DNA of 64,000 bases from an uncultured Spirochaetota bacterium (GTDB lineage: Bacteria; Spirochaetota; Spirochaetia; SZUA-6; Fen-1364): positions 1,248,001 to 1,312,000 of the forward strand of contig CAWGAA010000001.1 of the NCBI GenBank assembly GCA_963820525.1, read 5' to 3'. Numbering within the stretch: position 1 is the first letter of the stretch; every line of letters starts with the position of its first letter. Shown here in pieces: positions 1 to 9,188 of this stretch. The notes beneath the pieces were generated by a model that saw only the letters and a program-made list of their open reading frames with translations, made no database searches and was not told the DNA's origin. The translations under genes were made by a program, and so were the position numbers.

Positions 1-520
1 GGTCTTTGAACCGACGTATCGATCGTTAACGGTGCGCAGACGGTTGGTTCAATCGCTGCAGCTTATCGGACACACCCGGAGCAGGCCACCCGTGCGACAG
101 TCTTCGTAAGATTCATTTCGCTCGAACAAGTGCCACCTGGCTTCTCTACCGAAGTCACGAGAGCGACGAATACGCAGAACCGGATCGAGCGACGAGATTT
201 TGTTTCTCTTGATACAGAGCAGGAGCGTCTTCGTACCGAACTTCAATTGGATGGAGTCGATTATGTCTATAAATCGGGCGAAAAAATTCCTCAACCAGAT
301 GTAGGTTTCGATCTCGCCGAAGCCACGGTAGCTTTGGCCTGTTCGTCGCCTGACGTATCGTTCGCAGTTCAGGCGAAACGCGAGATCGGCAAGTTGTGGG
401 AAGACATTTCACGCGCACCTTATCGCGCCCTATTCAACCCAACAGTCACGGGTCGTAAAGTGTGGCTCCTAGTTACACTACTGAGAGCTATCGAACAGCA
501 ACTGGCGGTTGAACGGGCCA
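1..520 (+). pseudogene. AIPR-family (abortive infection phage resistance) protein, 3' part, truncated at about 520
   Basis: Frame 1 from base 10 reads TDVSIVNGAQTVGSI...EVTRATNTQNRIERRDFVSLD, the AIPR IVNGxQT and TNxQN motifs. The gene runs in from the window edge with an apparent indel near base 9, and homology stops at about 520. Confidence 0.8.
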
Positions 521-521
521 G

Positions 522-638
522 CAGGATGCGGCAACGATACGCCTTACCCGGCGCATACGAGAACTGACACAACTTCGAGAGGCGAAGAAGCGCACGGTAC
601 TGAATATTCTCGACGATTTGATCCGTGCTAACTCATAG
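522..638 (+). pseudogene. C-terminal remnant of an XRE-type HTH regulator
   Basis: Reads QDAATIRLTRRIRELTQLREAKKRTVLNILDDLIRANS*, resembling the C-terminal helices of mobile-element XRE proteins. No N-terminus is present. Confidence 0.4.
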
Positions 639-642
639 AAAC

Positions 643-849
643 ATCGGTTTTGACGCTCCGGGCTTCCCTCGCCCCCCTTGCCGCCTCCCCCCTCCCCAGG
701 CCCACCCCCTCCGCTTACCCCCCATCTATGGTATCCTTTGGTCGTCTGGGAGGGGATGGCTCAAAAGGGGGGCTTCGGTCGCGGTACGCTCCTCCCTCGC
801 GGGCATCCTTGCCCGTTCACTCGTCGCTACCGCGAACCCCCTCCGCTGC
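643..849 (+). repeat. ~200-bp GC-rich structured repeat, copy A (inverted relative to copy B)
   Basis: TTGACGCTCCGGGCTTCCCTCGCCCCCCTTGCCGCCTCCCCC...TACCGCGA aligns with the reverse complement of 5843-6044. Internal hairpin TCGCGGTA...CGGGCA-TCCT-TGCCCG...TACCGCGA. Confidence 0.9.
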
Positions 850-883
850 AAGGGCTGTTTGGGCGCTGACGGGCTTCCGAGCG

Positions 884-1843
884 TCATATGCGGTTATTCA
901 TGGCCAATCTCCAATAGTACCGCCCGGAGGGGGTCAGCCGGCATGCCTTTGAGCGCATCGCAGCATCATACATATGCTGTGCATCGCAAGGCACGACGAG
1001 GTGAACTCGACTTAAGGTCTGAAGATCTCTGAAGATAGTCGTCTTGGCCGGGTCTGCAGTTGGCGAAGTAGGCTCATAGGAAGGATCAAGTAGAAGATCC
1101 TCGGCGGGCAACGGAAACAACGAGGGCAACTTGCGTAGAGTTTCTCGATCGACGGGGGGCGCGCATCGACGTAGCGGAATCAAACGAGAGACGTGCGACT
1201 TGAAAAGTGGTCGCTGATCCCACGCACCAAGTGCTGCATCGATATATGCGTACACACTCGGAGCTGTGACGGCGCCTAGGATGTCGGCCGCACCGCCAGT
1301 GAGAGCGTCTACTACCAGCGAAGTAAACAAACCACCGCCCCCGGTTTCAACGGAAGGCTGATCTCCTCGACTCGCGGTTAGTATGGAAAGCCCTTCTCGT
1401 AGAAGTGTCTTGGTATTGTCAACCGCAGGCGGGTTACCAAGTGCGCCAGAAAAGCAGCAATCTAGGAGAAGTACGACTTCCGCCGCTTTGGAGTCATTGG
1501 CCCACTTGAGGATATCGGCCATGGCGACACCCTCATCATATTTCTTGGCGTCTTGGGTTACTGGATAGCCATCGAGGTTATTGACGGTGCCGTGCCCAGA
1601 AAAATGTAATAGGGCGACATCTGCCTTATCTCGGAAAAGCTTCTCGATAGCTTCACGTAACGCCGCTCTTGTAATGAGATTGGGCGCGCCGCCAACAGGC
1701 GCGGTTAGAATCCGACAGTCGAAATTTGGTGATCCATCGTGATTCGTGGTAAGAACAGCAACAATTCTCTCCGCGTCGCTTACGCAGCCGCGAAGGGACC
1801 CGTCCGAATACTGATCGATTCCTACACAGAGTGCACGGCGCAT
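884..1843 (-). CDS. Caspase-family (peptidase C14) protease, type IV Thoeris-like effector
   Basis: RALCVGIDQY...LRGCVSDA N-terminus, catalytic His in HFSGHG and catalytic Cys in LLDCCFSG. Lies directly downstream of a TIR gene. Confidence 0.92.
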   Translation of the reverse strand: MRRALCVGIDQYSDGSLRGCVSDAERIVAVLTTNHDGSPNFDCRILTAPVGGAPNLITRAALREAIEKLFRDKADVALLHFSGHGTVNNLDGYPVTQDAKKYDEGVAMADILKWANDSKAAEVVLLLDCCFSGALGNPPAVDNTKTLLREGLSILTASRGDQPSVETGGGGLFTSLVVDALTGGAADILGAVTAPSVYAYIDAALGAWDQRPLFKSHVSRLIPLRRCAPPVDRETLRKLPSLFPLPAEDLLLDPSYEPTSPTADPAKTTIFRDLQTLSRVHLVVPCDAQHMYDAAMRSKACRLTPSGRYYWRLAMNNRI

Positions 1844-1866
1844 ATGCAATCCCCTGTTTTCCAGAG

Positions 1867-2256
1867 TCAGCGGGACCCGCCGATCAATGCCTTGAGATTA
1901 TCCCAAGTCCAATTGTAAATCTTGTCGCTATCTTTGGCGGCTTTTGGCTTCTTGCATGTCTTATTGGCCCGTCCCCAGAGTAAGAAGTAAGGTTTTCCCT
2001 CTTCTTGTGCAATCGTGAGTTCTGCGGACACCCCTGTGGCGGTGTCAGTGTATTCACCGCAGATCACCGCGACGATATCGACGCTACGAATTCGCGTTCG
2101 CACTTTGTCCTTCCAGTTACCCGTCATGGGCTCCTGCACTGACCAATCGGCTAGATCGAATGGAGAGTCGGGATGCTTCGCTTGGCCTACAAGAAGATTC
2201 CGTAGATCCTCGTCGTGATCGAAGTCGAAGCTAGTAAAAACGCGTTTCTTTGCCAT
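1867..2256 (-). CDS. TIR-domain protein (ThsB/DUF1863, MTH538-like)
   Basis: KKRVFTSFDFDHD start, RIRSVDIVAVICGE, catalytic Glu in GVSAELTIAQEEGKP. GGAGG RBS upstream. Confidence 0.9.
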   Translation of the reverse strand: MAKKRVFTSFDFDHDEDLRNLLVGQAKHPDSPFDLADWSVQEPMTGNWKDKVRTRIRSVDIVAVICGEYTDTATGVSAELTIAQEEGKPYFLLWGRANKTCKKPKAAKDSDKIYNWTWDNLKALIGGSR

Positions 2257-2324
2257 TTCACTCCCTCCTCTTCATCTTTGCGGCACTCAACGACTCCTGA
2301 CCGAGTTAAAAACGCGAAGCATCA

Positions 2325-3389
2325 TCAGCTCCAATCTGTTGTTAGCCGGCCTCTCGCACTGAACCACGTCACTTGCTGGATCCCGAAACTGTAATTGACG
2401 TCATACGATACGGGGATCGGGTAGACGAACCAAGAAGCATCTGGATATCGAGCTGATAACCATATAGCACAGGTAAAGATGACTGACTTCGGGCCGAATG
2501 GAAAAAGAAGAATCGGCGCCTTGCGAGGCTGAACCTCTTTTAGCAATTCATCCAGCACCATCTCAACTGTCATCGAATCGAGCACAGCTACACGTCTTCT
2601 TTCCCATTTCTGGGAGCGCATGCGACTCAGCTGCTGAAGCAGTCTCTGATTCCTTCGCAGCATGAGGTGCTTAAAATCTGGTCTTCCAGGATACTCTGGA
2701 ATCAAGATCCGACCACCCGCAGGTTCTATCTCACCAATTGCCACGACAAGACGTTGGGCCTCATGGCCAGGTATTATAATTCCGCGGCCATCAGTCTCGT
2801 AGAACAGACTAGCACCTTCCGCTAATGGGGCAATGATGATATCAGACCATGCTGTCGGACCCTCTAATCGCTCATCTAAGAATCCATAGTTCTCGGGGAT
2901 CACATATGCCACGATTGCGCCTCGGTCCGTCTCCAAAGCTAAAAAGGCACCAATGGCCATTGTGTGGATCTTCGTCAAGCAACTTACATCTAGAATCATG
3001 ACATCATATGGCTGCGCGTTACATACCGTCTCAAAGAGCCTCCTCACCTCGTCGAATGCATACGGCGACAGCTTTTCAACTCGCAAGGCATTCTGGAATA
3101 GTCCGCCCGCAAGTTCCATCAATCGTGACTTGTTAAGAGCGCGTTTAATCTCTCCTTCGGGCTGCGGGACAATGCCCGTATCATATTCGATAAGGATTCC
3201 ATCAGTTAGCCGTACGCCCATATTACGGAGTTGAATAAGCGTCCCTATGCATCTTTCCTCAAAGCTTAGCGCACCGATCCATACCGATCTCTCCGCGCTT
3301 CGCACAGCTGCTAGCACGTGCTCGTCAGAGAGGGACTTAACATACTGTGGTGTTATTCCCTGTTGCTGACCTACGCTTGGCCGCTTCAT
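2325..3389 (-). CDS. Conserved hypothetical protein, probable tandem CARF-like Rossmann protein of the type that accompanies ORC/CDC6-like ATPases
   Basis: 354 aa with SFEERC, ILDVSCLTK, YVIPENY, IIPGHEAQR, PFGPK and VYPIPVSY..YSFG motifs. Its start overlaps the stop of the upstream ATPase (TAATG). Confidence 0.55.
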   Translation of the reverse strand: MKRPSVGQQQGITPQYVKSLSDEHVLAAVRSAERSVWIGALSFEERCIGTLIQLRNMGVRLTDGILIEYDTGIVPQPEGEIKRALNKSRLMELAGGLFQNALRVEKLSPYAFDEVRRLFETVCNAQPYDVMILDVSCLTKIHTMAIGAFLALETDRGAIVAYVIPENYGFLDERLEGPTAWSDIIIAPLAEGASLFYETDGRGIIIPGHEAQRLVVAIGEIEPAGGRILIPEYPGRPDFKHLMLRRNQRLLQQLSRMRSQKWERRRVAVLDSMTVEMVLDELLKEVQPRKAPILLFPFGPKSVIFTCAIWLSARYPDASWFVYPIPVSYDVNYSFGIQQVTWFSARGRLTTDWS

Positions 3390-5609
3390 TACTTAGGCTG
3401 TTGCCTCCACTGCCGAAACCGCTCAAGGAAGAGTCTGGCCTCCTCACGTACGCTTGAAGGCTTCACTACGACTACGGTATCTTCGCATCGTGACAAGCCC
3501 TCCGCGGTATACTCTCTCTCCTTTGCGTCCGGAGGCTCAACGACGACGATTCTCCGGGAAAGCTTCTTCGCGCCGTAACCAGCGTCCGGACGAGCCACTA
3601 CAGCCCCGCACACATAGTGTGCGAAGGCGTCCCACTCTGTGCCATCAAGAGTAACGACTAGAAAACTTGCAAGAGTAGCTCTCTCCAGGATCTTAGCGGG
3701 GGGATCTTGGTCAGAATAGATTTCCGCATGTATATTCTCTCGTTGTGTGAGGGTTTGGAACTGCTTGGTGGCCTGACTGGTCCAATCGGTCGGTTTAATC
3801 CAAACGAGCAATGCAGGGAGCGGAGGTGGGTTTCCTCGCCGAGGTCTCAGGCTCGGATCTGCAAGATGAGCCTCAATGCTTGCCACGAGATCTCCCAGGT
3901 CCAGCCCGCTCTGGAACTCTCCAACTTGCCTTCGCCTCAGCCAGTATGGTAATTCGCTTCGCGCGCCCGCAGCGACTACAGGAAGGAGAGGTACACCGAG
4001 GCCATAAGCGAAGCCGAGTTCGAACACAACCTCGGGTCTCATCCCTGTGCAATCGCCTACGACAAGGCTCGAGGAACCAATCCGACGTCGAATCTCCTCG
4101 GCCCAATCCTCGGTTCCAACCGGCACCCACCCATTTTGCACTTTCACTGTCGCAAGGCGTGAATGCACCGAAAGTTCTTGTTCCAATGCCACACTAAATG
4201 CCTTGCTCTCTTCGGAATGCATCCTGTATGCGATGAAAACGCTTGGAACTGGCGATGGACCTCCACGCACTCTCCTGAAATCTTGTTCCCGTATCTTGAG
4301 AGGTTCTAAGCGTTCGGCATCAGCATACGACCACCTCGGATCTCCCGGCTGCCACATCAACAACGGCGGTACTTCGAGTAGTGTTGGGCAGTCGCCTGGT
4401 AGCCAAATTCGCCCATTAGGTATGCACAAAGCAGCTGATCGGAGAGCCGCCTCAATAAATAAGAATAGACGTGTCGGCTCGGGAATCAGGAGCGGCTCGT
4501 TCTCCGGTAAGATATTCAAAGTCACGGGACCGCGCACCTGACCGACCTTTTTAATGACCTCCTTTCGAAGCCACGAGATCGCCTCTCCGTAATCTTGATG
4601 GTGTGGTCGGAGCTTCGTCTTAACAGCCATAAAGTATAGTTCCCTGAGATCCACTAACGCTTCGATCAAATTCCCATCGATATTATCTTCTCGTGAAGGT
4701 GCCACTCGCGCAATGACTTCTAGGGCCAAGCGAATGGAGTCTCGAGATAGTGCGATCACCGCATCAAGCCGGTCTCTTCCGATTCGCTTCAGGAGCTCCT
4801 CTCCCACTTGAGCTGCCAGAGCGTCACTAACAAAGTCCGCCCATTCCTTCGTAAGCGGACTACGCCCAAGGTTGTACACGTCGTAGTGATCTCCCGGAGC
4901 GCTACTCTCGTCTAGACGTGTAACAATTCCACTGCCATGACCTGGTCTCGTTGCTACCAAAGCGGTATAGCCCGGCGACTGATCCATCAACTGCAGTACT
5001 GGGACTAGTGCCAACGGCGATACTAGATCAGCCCTATCCAGTAGCAATAATAACGACCCCTCCGCTCGCAATGATGCCTCTGCAGCTTCACGTCCAAACT
5101 CGACAAGCGGTCGCGTCATCGGAACTGATTCGAACACTGGCAGACTTGCCCGGGATACGCGAATTTTCGCTTCCCACAACCAGTCTCTGAGACTTCGAGG
5201 CATTCTACCCAATAGCGTACGTGGGATGCACTCCGCGACTGCATCTCGATTAACGCGTACCCGCTTTCGCAGCAGTCTACTCGCGATCGAAAGCGACAAG
5301 AGCGCCGATGCCTTGTTCCCGACGAAGTCGGAGCGTACACCGGACGCCTGACGAACGAGTGGTCCGAGAGCATCTTGACGTGCGAGGCTCGAAAGTTCGG
5401 TCGCCAGTGACAGATGAAGCGCTACGCCATCATGAATGGCTTTCTGGTAGCGAAGAAGCGTTGTCTTCCCAACTCCCTTGGACCCTGCAGATGAGCGCAC
5501 TTCTTGAAAACGACCCGGGTAACTCCGGCGGTCGCTGGAATATCCTTTCCACATCGTCGTCAGGTATTTTTTCCCCGTCAGTCCAAAGAGTTAATTGCCT
5601 GGATCCCAT
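3389..5609 (-). CDS. P-loop (STAND/ORC-CDC6-like) ATPase fused to a C-terminal nucleoside-deoxyribosyltransferase/TIR-like domain; apparent 1-nt indel near 5490
   Basis: Walker A GSKGVGKT and Walker B LLLLLDRAD. C-terminal VFIAYRM...IRRRIGSSSLVVGDCTGMRPEVVFELGFAYGLG. The ATG at 5609 (MGSRQLTLWTDGEKI...SALI) joins the Walker A frame if one base is removed. Confidence 0.75.
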
Positions 5610-5842
5610 ATCAAATGCCTTACCGCTACGTGAACTCGCGCTGCAATTTTCATCGCCGCCGGGCAGCTAACTTATCATTATAGCTGAAATACGGACTATA
5701 GGGAACTTGGAGCTAAACGAACTACAGGGTACCCCTTTATATATTGATAGGTGAGAAGCGAAGCCCGAAAAATGCATCTCTGTCGCCCCGTCAACCACCG
5801 CGCCTGTACTTGAGAAAGCTTCAAGCTGACCCCCCGCTACCA

Positions 5843-6044
5843 GCAGCGTAGGGCTCGCGGTAGCGACAAGCGAGCGGGCAAGGATGTCCGCGAGCGAGGA
5901 GCGTACCGCGATCGAAGCCCCCCTTTTGAGCCACCCCCTCCCAGACGACCACAGGATACCATAGCCGGGGGGGTAAGCGGAGGGGAGGGCCTGGGAGGGG
6001 GAGGCGGCAAGGGGGGCGAGGGAAGCCCGAAGCGTCAAGCCGAT
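5843..6044 (-). repeat. ~200-bp GC-rich structured repeat, copy B
   Basis: Reverse complement matches 643-849 with scattered substitutions, and the same hairpin is retained. Confidence 0.9.
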
Positions 6045-6378
6045 TCGAGCGGTCCCTCCGAGTATTCTGTAAGAGTGTTGCCACAGTCCGACGCAAAGTC
6101 ATCCACTTGTTAGTTTCCCTTTAATTATGGAGCGCAGCTTACTCTTCCAACCACTTGTGTGTAGCACTCTCTCGAAAGACTCACCGTACTTGCCCGAAAG
6201 GAGGTCAATGCGGCTCTTCTTGCTGAGCTCTTCCCATTCTTCAAACATAACGTAGACTGCATTGCCATATTCTATGTTCTCAAAAACAACAAGATCGTCT
6301 CGCATGAGTGCTCCGAAGTAGCGCCGGAATCCACTGGTTCCGAAAACTAGCTTCTGAGGCTCTAGGGTCATGAAGAAA

Positions 6379-7421
6379 AGGGGGATATTTACTTCGCGGC
6401 ACCTGAAGTGGTATCCTGACGCGTGGCTAATATTAGCTGTTTTGTTCCGCGCGCCGGAATAGACTACCCGAGGAACATTACCGAGTTCCATCAGTTATTT
6501 CCTGATGAGAATAGTTGCCGGCGCTACCTTCAAAACGTTAGATGGAGGGATGGCTTTGTTTGCCATGCATGCGGCAGAAACGGTGATCCTTGGCACGCCA
6601 TGCGCGACGTTTTGTTATGTCCGTACTGTCGCTCTAAAACAAGATTGACAGCAGGAACCGTTTTCGAGGGTACTCGCAAGCCTCTAAAGATGTGGTTTCT
6701 TGCGATGTGGGAGCTGACCAGCCAGAAGTATGGAGCCAACGCGCTTGGACTTCAGCGCGATCTCGGCCTGAGAAGCTACACAACCGCCTGGGCGTGGCTT
6801 CACAAGCTCCGGCGAGCGATGGTACGTCCAGGTCGGGATCGACTTCACGGTCATGTGGAAGTCGATGAGAGCTACATTGGAGGAGAAGAATCCAACGTCA
6901 AAGGCCGCCAGACGACCAAAAAGGCCATCGTTGCAATCGCGGTTGAACTTAACGATGGAAGAATGGGGCGTATACGCCTACGGCACGTAGCTGATATTAC
7001 GGCGAAAAGCCTTCAAAGTTTCGTTACAGACGTTGTAGAACACGGTAGTACCGTGAGAACAGACGGATTGTCGTCATATGTCGGGCTCGATACTCTCAAG
7101 TTCAAGCACGATGTGACCGTGCTTTCAGATTCACATGATCCTGCACACGTCCAGATGCCGAGCGTACATCGTATTGCTGCGCTTCTTAAGCGTTGGCTGC
7201 TGGGTACCCTTCAGGGTTCAGTTAGCACTGAACATCTGCCGTACTATCTTGATGAGTTTACCTTCCGGTTCAACAGGCGTACATCAAATTCCCGCGGGAT
7301 GTTGTTCTACCGACTTCTCGAGCAAGCGTTGCTGGTCGGCCATGTCAGCACAAGGCAGCTTTTCAAGAAAACCGGGCGGGGCGTGCGGCATTCATTAGGT
7401 GCCGTGAAGTAAATATCCCCC
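6379..7421 (+). mobile_element. IS1595-family insertion sequence
   Basis: Terminal inverted repeats GGGGGATATTTACTTC(G/A)CGGCACCT. 8-bp target duplication TGAAGAAA at 6371-6378 and 7422-7429. Confidence 0.93.
6423..7412 (+). CDS. IS1595-family transposase
   Basis: N-terminal Zn ribbon (CHAC...CPYC), VEVDESYIGG, RTDG, YLDEFTFRFNRR. Confidence 0.93.
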   Translation: MANISCFVPRAGIDYPRNITEFHQLFPDENSCRRYLQNVRWRDGFVCHACGRNGDPWHAMRDVLLCPYCRSKTRLTAGTVFEGTRKPLKMWFLAMWELTSQKYGANALGLQRDLGLRSYTTAWAWLHKLRRAMVRPGRDRLHGHVEVDESYIGGEESNVKGRQTTKKAIVAIAVELNDGRMGRIRLRHVADITAKSLQSFVTDVVEHGSTVRTDGLSSYVGLDTLKFKHDVTVLSDSHDPAHVQMPSVHRIAALLKRWLLGTLQGSVSTEHLPYYLDEFTFRFNRRTSNSRGMLFYRLLEQALLVGHVSTRQLFKKTGRGVRHSLGAVK

Positions 7422-8140
7422 TGAAGAAATCATACCTATTACCCGCAGAGTCCTTTTCCGCTTTTGAAGCGACCCGACCGCGGAAGAGCCTTTCGATTGC
7501 TTCCTTCCGGGTTCCAGGTGGCAGAATTTCCCAAGACAAATGAAGTGACTTGGTGTACTTCTCCAGCGGCGTCTGGGCGGCCTCCACGCTGCAGGCACCA
7601 ACGCTTTCTTGAAGGAGATTGAGGTTTTCAAAAAGACGTTGCTTAAATCCACGAGAGCCCTTTCTGAGGGTGTGGTTAACCTTGAATGATATTGCATATG
7701 CAGGCAAGCCAGGTTCGGTCGAGATCGGCTGGATAACTATTTCTGTTTCTTGTGGTGGCTTGAATTCCCGCTGGAAGCACTCGTGAGGCAAATCGACCGC
7801 GTGATATCCTTTGTAGGGATCGCCCCAGTTGGGCGTCTCCACGGTTGTATAATGGGTTACTTTCGGTAGACCTTTGCGAATAATCTCCTGGCCGTTGGCA
7901 TTTGCGCGTGAATACCGGCCACGGTCCGCCGGGGGCATTTTCGATGCTGGAGCAGTCAGGCCTTTTGGGCTCAGTCTGATGCCGAGATGTCGCAAGATTC
8001 CTTTGCGCAGCTGAGAAGAACTGAACTTAAGAGCGCAGGCTACCACGATGTCCTCTCCCTCAATTTGATTGAGCTTCTCGATGACCTGCCTGGGAATCTT
8101 GCGGATATTCCGTTTCATGGCCTATGTCTCCTTGTCAGTA

Positions 8141-9181
8141 TTAATGCCAACAGAAGCTTGGTGCGGCCGCGAGCCCAGTCCGAACGCCATCACTTCTCCT
8201 CCACATGGGGGGCAACCCTTTGCGACTCAGGACTTCCCAATGGTTCGTTTTGAGGCCCTTGATCAGTTTCTCAGTCTCCTCTAATGCTTGGAGCAGCTCT
8301 TGGTCGTTTTTCAGGTTTGCCAGCGTAGTCCAAGGATAGCCTTTGATGGTTTCAGCCAGTGCCTGGATGTCCCCGGCAAGACCCGGCCGTCTCTTCGTCT
8401 GAACGGGCCCGAGCTTCAGAAGAGCCGACTCGACTGAGCCGTCGTTCGATAGGAAGTCGTCTCGCGCCACGGGATCTGGCAATATCTGTCGCAGTTTTCT
8501 CACATCCTTGGAGTTCGTCATCTTCTGGTCGTTGACCTTCTTGATGACGGCGTTGAGCACATCTTGAGTTAGCAGTTTTCGGTTGAGGTTCTTGATTTCG
8601 CGGGCCCAAGTGATCGACGTCGATGGGTCAGGCAGATTCGTGAGCTTCTCCGAAAGCTGATAAATCTCCACCAGCTTGTCCAAGTCACGAACAGTGGTGC
8701 CGAGTATATTGGCGGCGCTGGCGCGGCCGACCAAATCGACCAACCGGTAGGCCACCATCTCTTTCTCTTTCGCGTCCCATTCCTTCCTCTGGCGGTGGAT
8801 GTATATCCACACCCTGAGCCGCTCGTCGTCGCTTAGAGTCCGGTCCGTAATTTCTGCGGGGAATGTGCGGTATTGCTCCTTTTTGTTAACCTCGACTAGG
8901 ATCTTCGAGTTGCTCCATCGGCGATCTCCGTCAATGATGCGGAACTTCCCAGGGTGGTCGGGATGGGGCTCAAGCAGGAGCGGCTCGAAGATCCCCTCGT
9001 TCGCTTCGATCTGCCGTTGGAGTTCGGGGTCTTCCTTCGGCCCTAATCGCGGCTGATTCGCGTTTGGTAACACGTCGTCCAAACCAACGGTAGCCCGACG
9101 CGTTCTCAGAATCGTTCGTTCAAGCCGCCTTTCATGCCAGGGACTACCTGGAGGTGCGTTCTCAAGGGATTCTTGGCTCAT
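8141..9181 (-). CDS. ParB/sulfiredoxin N-terminal-domain protein (true stop possibly about 8227 if a 1-nt indel is corrected)
   Basis: PNANQPR, GIFEPLLL and FRIIDGDRRW ParB box followed by an HTH-like region. No ParA nearby. Confidence 0.8.
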   Translation of the reverse strand: MSQESLENAPPGSPWHERRLERTILRTRRATVGLDDVLPNANQPRLGPKEDPELQRQIEANEGIFEPLLLEPHPDHPGKFRIIDGDRRWSNSKILVEVNKKEQYRTFPAEITDRTLSDDERLRVWIYIHRQRKEWDAKEKEMVAYRLVDLVGRASAANILGTTVRDLDKLVEIYQLSEKLTNLPDPSTSITWAREIKNLNRKLLTQDVLNAVIKKVNDQKMTNSKDVRKLRQILPDPVARDDFLSNDGSVESALLKLGPVQTKRRPGLAGDIQALAETIKGYPWTTLANLKNDQELLQALEETEKLIKGLKTNHWEVLSRKGLPPMWRRSDGVRTGLAAAPSFCWH

Positions 9182-9188
9182 CTGCCCC

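Larger units (their letters stand above)
6099..8118 (-). pseudogene. Conserved hypothetical protein (~325 aa) split by IS1595
   Basis: Removing the IS and one target duplication joins ...GNRYDFF to MTLEPQKLVFGTSGFRRYFG...FENIEYGNAVY in frame. AAGGAG RBS upstream of 8118. Confidence 0.8.

Noticed and set aside
625..1032. ORFs over repeat A (625-1032, 650-952) and their counterparts at 5667-6102
   Set aside because: They are Pro/Gly-rich translations of the non-coding inverted repeat; the protein similarity simply reflects the DNA repeat.
5660..5700. dif-like or att site (AACTTATCATTATAGCTGAA) upstream of the ATPase
   Set aside because: The match to a XerC/D consensus is too weak; it is equally explained as a -10 TATAAT promoter element on the minus strand.
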